Positions 61,240 to 64,000 of a DNA stretch of 64,000 bases are shown here, piece by piece. The translations under genes were made by a program, and so were the position numbers. This stretch comes from Takakia lepidozioides (lineage: Eukaryota > Plantae > Bryophyta): positions 61,814,001 through 61,878,000 of the forward strand of contig CM060732.1 of assembly GCA_030704615.1 (NCBI GenBank). Direction: 5' to 3'. The stretch's first letter is position 1, and every line of letters starts with the position of its first letter. Under the pieces are notes generated by a model. It was not told where the DNA came from and made no database searches. It worked only from the letters and a program-made list of their open reading frames with translations.

Positions 61240-64000
61240 GATAGATTAGAAGGCTAGTGAAATTGCCGGAGTTTTTGGATAAGCCATCTGTGAAGCCAGA
61301 TGAAATCTTGTCTTTCCTGGATACGTTAAAAGAATTATTTGAAGATGACTATCCAAAAGAAGCCAAAATACAGACAGCCGCTCTGCAACTCCGTGATGCT
61401 GCCTAAGGCACTATTTAACCCATTATTTACCTGACGATTATGCACACAAAATGAAGGTGGAGTTGTTCAGGCTGAAACAGAAACCTTGAGCATTGGCGAA
61501 TTCAAGCCCAGATTTGAGACCCAAGCTAGCTACTTTCATTCCCTCAGTGAAGAAGACAGAGTTGATTTCTTTGTGGATGGCCTAAATAATTTCCTTAAGT
61601 ACAAAATGAAGGCCCACTGTGACAATCCTCGAGGGCGCTTGAGCAGAAGCTGAGGCCTATCACTTGGCATGCAACTTTGAAAGTAAGATCAGGGCACAGA
61701 GAATTGTGACTTAGGGTCGTGAATTCAAATCAGCTACAGCTGCATCATCTTGGCAGCCAACCAAGAAACAACAGAACCCCTGACGATGACTGAGGTAGAT
61801 GACGAAGACCAAGTCATGGAAGTAAAAAGATAGCTCATATCCAAGTTTCAACGGCTGTTGTTGAGGACCAGGTGGCCTATGACCCTAGTGTTATTCGGGT
61901 TTATGATAGTGTGGTTGGATATGCCACCCATGTGTTGATAGATACTGGAAGCATCCACAATTTGTTGTCCAAGAATTTAGGTGACAACCTAAATTTGGCT
62001 CAAGAGGACGTGCAACCTTCCCACATTTTGCTACCCAATGGTGGTGTGATCCTGCAATGTATACACACGACGACCAATTTCGAGGTTTGGGATGGAGCTC
62101 GATACGATTGCAGCCTCGGCATGCAATGGTTGGATCCGGTGGACGCGGTGGTAGCCTGCAAACTCGGCACGGTCAGTGGGACTTTGCCAACCGGAGAGAC
62201 ATTCAACCTGAAAGGTATCAGGGTCTTTCTTAATGTCCCAGTCTTATTAGCCCTGCAGATGAAAAGATATATTCGTAAAGAAAACGAGCAGCTTTTTGCT
62301 GTTAGCGTGCATGAACCATCAAGAACGAAATGTGTGAAAGATTCACATCCCAAACTTTATCTACTACTGAATGAATATGATGATGTATTTCCTGATGAAA
62401 TTCCTGGAATGCCTCCTGAACGAGAGATTGATCATGCTATTGAATTAACGACGGATGCTATACCGGTTGCAAAGGCACCATACAGACATTCAATTGTAGA
62501 AAATGAAGAATTAGAGAGACAACTGAATGATTTGGTTGAAAAGATGTACACCCGTCCTAGTAAATCACCCTGCGGTGCTCCAATGATGTTCAAGAAAAAG
62601 AAAGACGGGAGTCTGAGGTTGTGTGTTGATTATAGATGATTGAGCAAGTTCACCATCAAGAATAAATATCCTCTGCTTTGTGTTGACGATCTGTTGGACC
62701 ATCTGTATGGAAATCAAGTTTTATCAAAACTTGATCTTCGATCTGGATATCATCAGATACGAATCAAGAATTCTGACATACCAAAGACCGGATTTTGGTC
62801 CCACTTTGGGCATTACGAATTCTTTTCACGATGCCATTTGGGCTCACAAATGCTCCAACAACATTCACAGTATACATCTGATCGATGAATTTTCTGTTCC
62901 TGGAATAATTGGGGAAGATAATTTTAGTCTATATAGATGACATACTAATATCTATATTCGAAGACCGAAAAAAAACACGAACAACATCTACGCTTGGTCT
63001 TAGGCATATTGAGAGAGAACCACTTATTAAATATTTGCTAAGAGAAGCAAATTTGAGTTCTTTGTACACCACATGAATTACTTGGGGTATTGCATCTCCA
63101 AGGATGGAATCTCAATTGATCCCAAGAAAGTCCAAACAGTGGCTAAATGGCCTAAGCCAAGTGATAAGATTGAGGTCAGGAGTTTTATCGGATTTGCTAG
63201 CTTTATGCAGAAGTCTTTTTATCAGATTGCAGCTCCATTGACTAACCTGCTTAAGGACTCAAGTCCAGTAAGTTTGAAAGATGTCTAGACAGAAGAATGT
63301 GATATCAGTTTTGAGAAATTGAAGTTTGCTTTGATACATGCTCATGTACTGAAATTGCTCGACCCTACTAGGGAAGCAATTGTATTTTGTACTAACGCAA
63401 GTGATATTGCCATTGGAGCCGTATTAATGCAAGATGGGCAAGTAATTGCCTATGAATTTCGAAAGATCGGTCCAGCAAAGAAGAATTATCCGACTCATAA
63501 AAAAGAACTGTTGGCAATAGTTCATGCTTTGAAGGTATGGAGGCATTATCTGCTTCCAGTTGACTTTGTAATAGAAACTGACCATCAGAGTTTGAAATAA
63601 TTGACCACGCAACCCCATTTGAGCCAGAGGCAGATTCGGTGGTCAGAACTGCTTCAACAGTTCCATTAAATGATCTGAAGTATGTCAAAGGAAGAGAAAA
63701 TATAATTGTTGATGCACTTTGTAGGAGGCCATTACAAGCTAATGTTGTCTCATGTGTCAGTAGCACCATATTTCAAGACGTTAAGGGTCAGTATGAGATT
63801 GATAGATTTTTCAAAGAACCATTTGAAAGTTTGTCTCGTGACCAGAGGACTTCCATTGAGAAAGAAAAACACCGGCCATACCTCTTGAGAGATGAGGTGT
63901 TGTTTTATAATGGTCGGTTGTGTGTTCCCTTGATCCCAGGCCTAAGATTGCGAATTATTCATGATAGTCATAATGTTCCAATCTCGGGACACTCGGGCTT
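61240..64000 (+). mobile_element. Decayed Ty3/gypsy gag-pol running off the window edge
   Basis: gag remnants 61240-61650; VLIDTGSIHN protease; [30 protein letters not shown]; RNaseH TNASDIAIGAVL..YPTHKKELLAIV; integrase N-terminal H..GH at the end. Many stops and frameshifts. Confidence 0.92.

Overview
Eukaryotic nuclear DNA, most likely from a non-seed land plant (inferred from PLS-type PPR remnants and a self-priming Tcn1-like chromovirus). About two thirds of the window is transposon-derived. Host genes are a six-exon fibrillarin gene (13066-15110, +) with an intronic C/D snoRNA and a telo-box, a non-specific lipid-transfer-protein gene (~10373-10663, +) and two NDR1/HIN1-like (LEA_2) genes (51267-51929 and 54270-54878, -). 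The most notable signal is a decayed LTR-retrotransposon polyprotein (6311->~2680, -). After gag, its protease, linker and a DNMT3-like C5 cytosine methyltransferase share one reading frame once a solo LTR (3132-3864, TSD CATGA) is removed. Between ~16690 and 49844 lies a nested stack. The outer LTR element has an extra 5' ORF, gag, protease, a dUTPase-fold domain and integrase, but no RT/RNaseH. A Pack-MULE-like element appears to sit in its 5' LTR, and a Tcn1-like chromovirus (TSD CTGGC) sits in its dUTPase. That chromovirus contains a CACTA-ended insert and a second insert, which in turn holds a near-intact Galadriel-like chromovirus (TSD AAATG). The inserts carry decayed OSB-type PDF ssDNA-binding motifs, two of them interleaved with PPR motifs. 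A hAT-type MITE opens the window and a decayed Ty3/gypsy element runs off the right edge. All alignments and translations outside the ORF track were done by eye.
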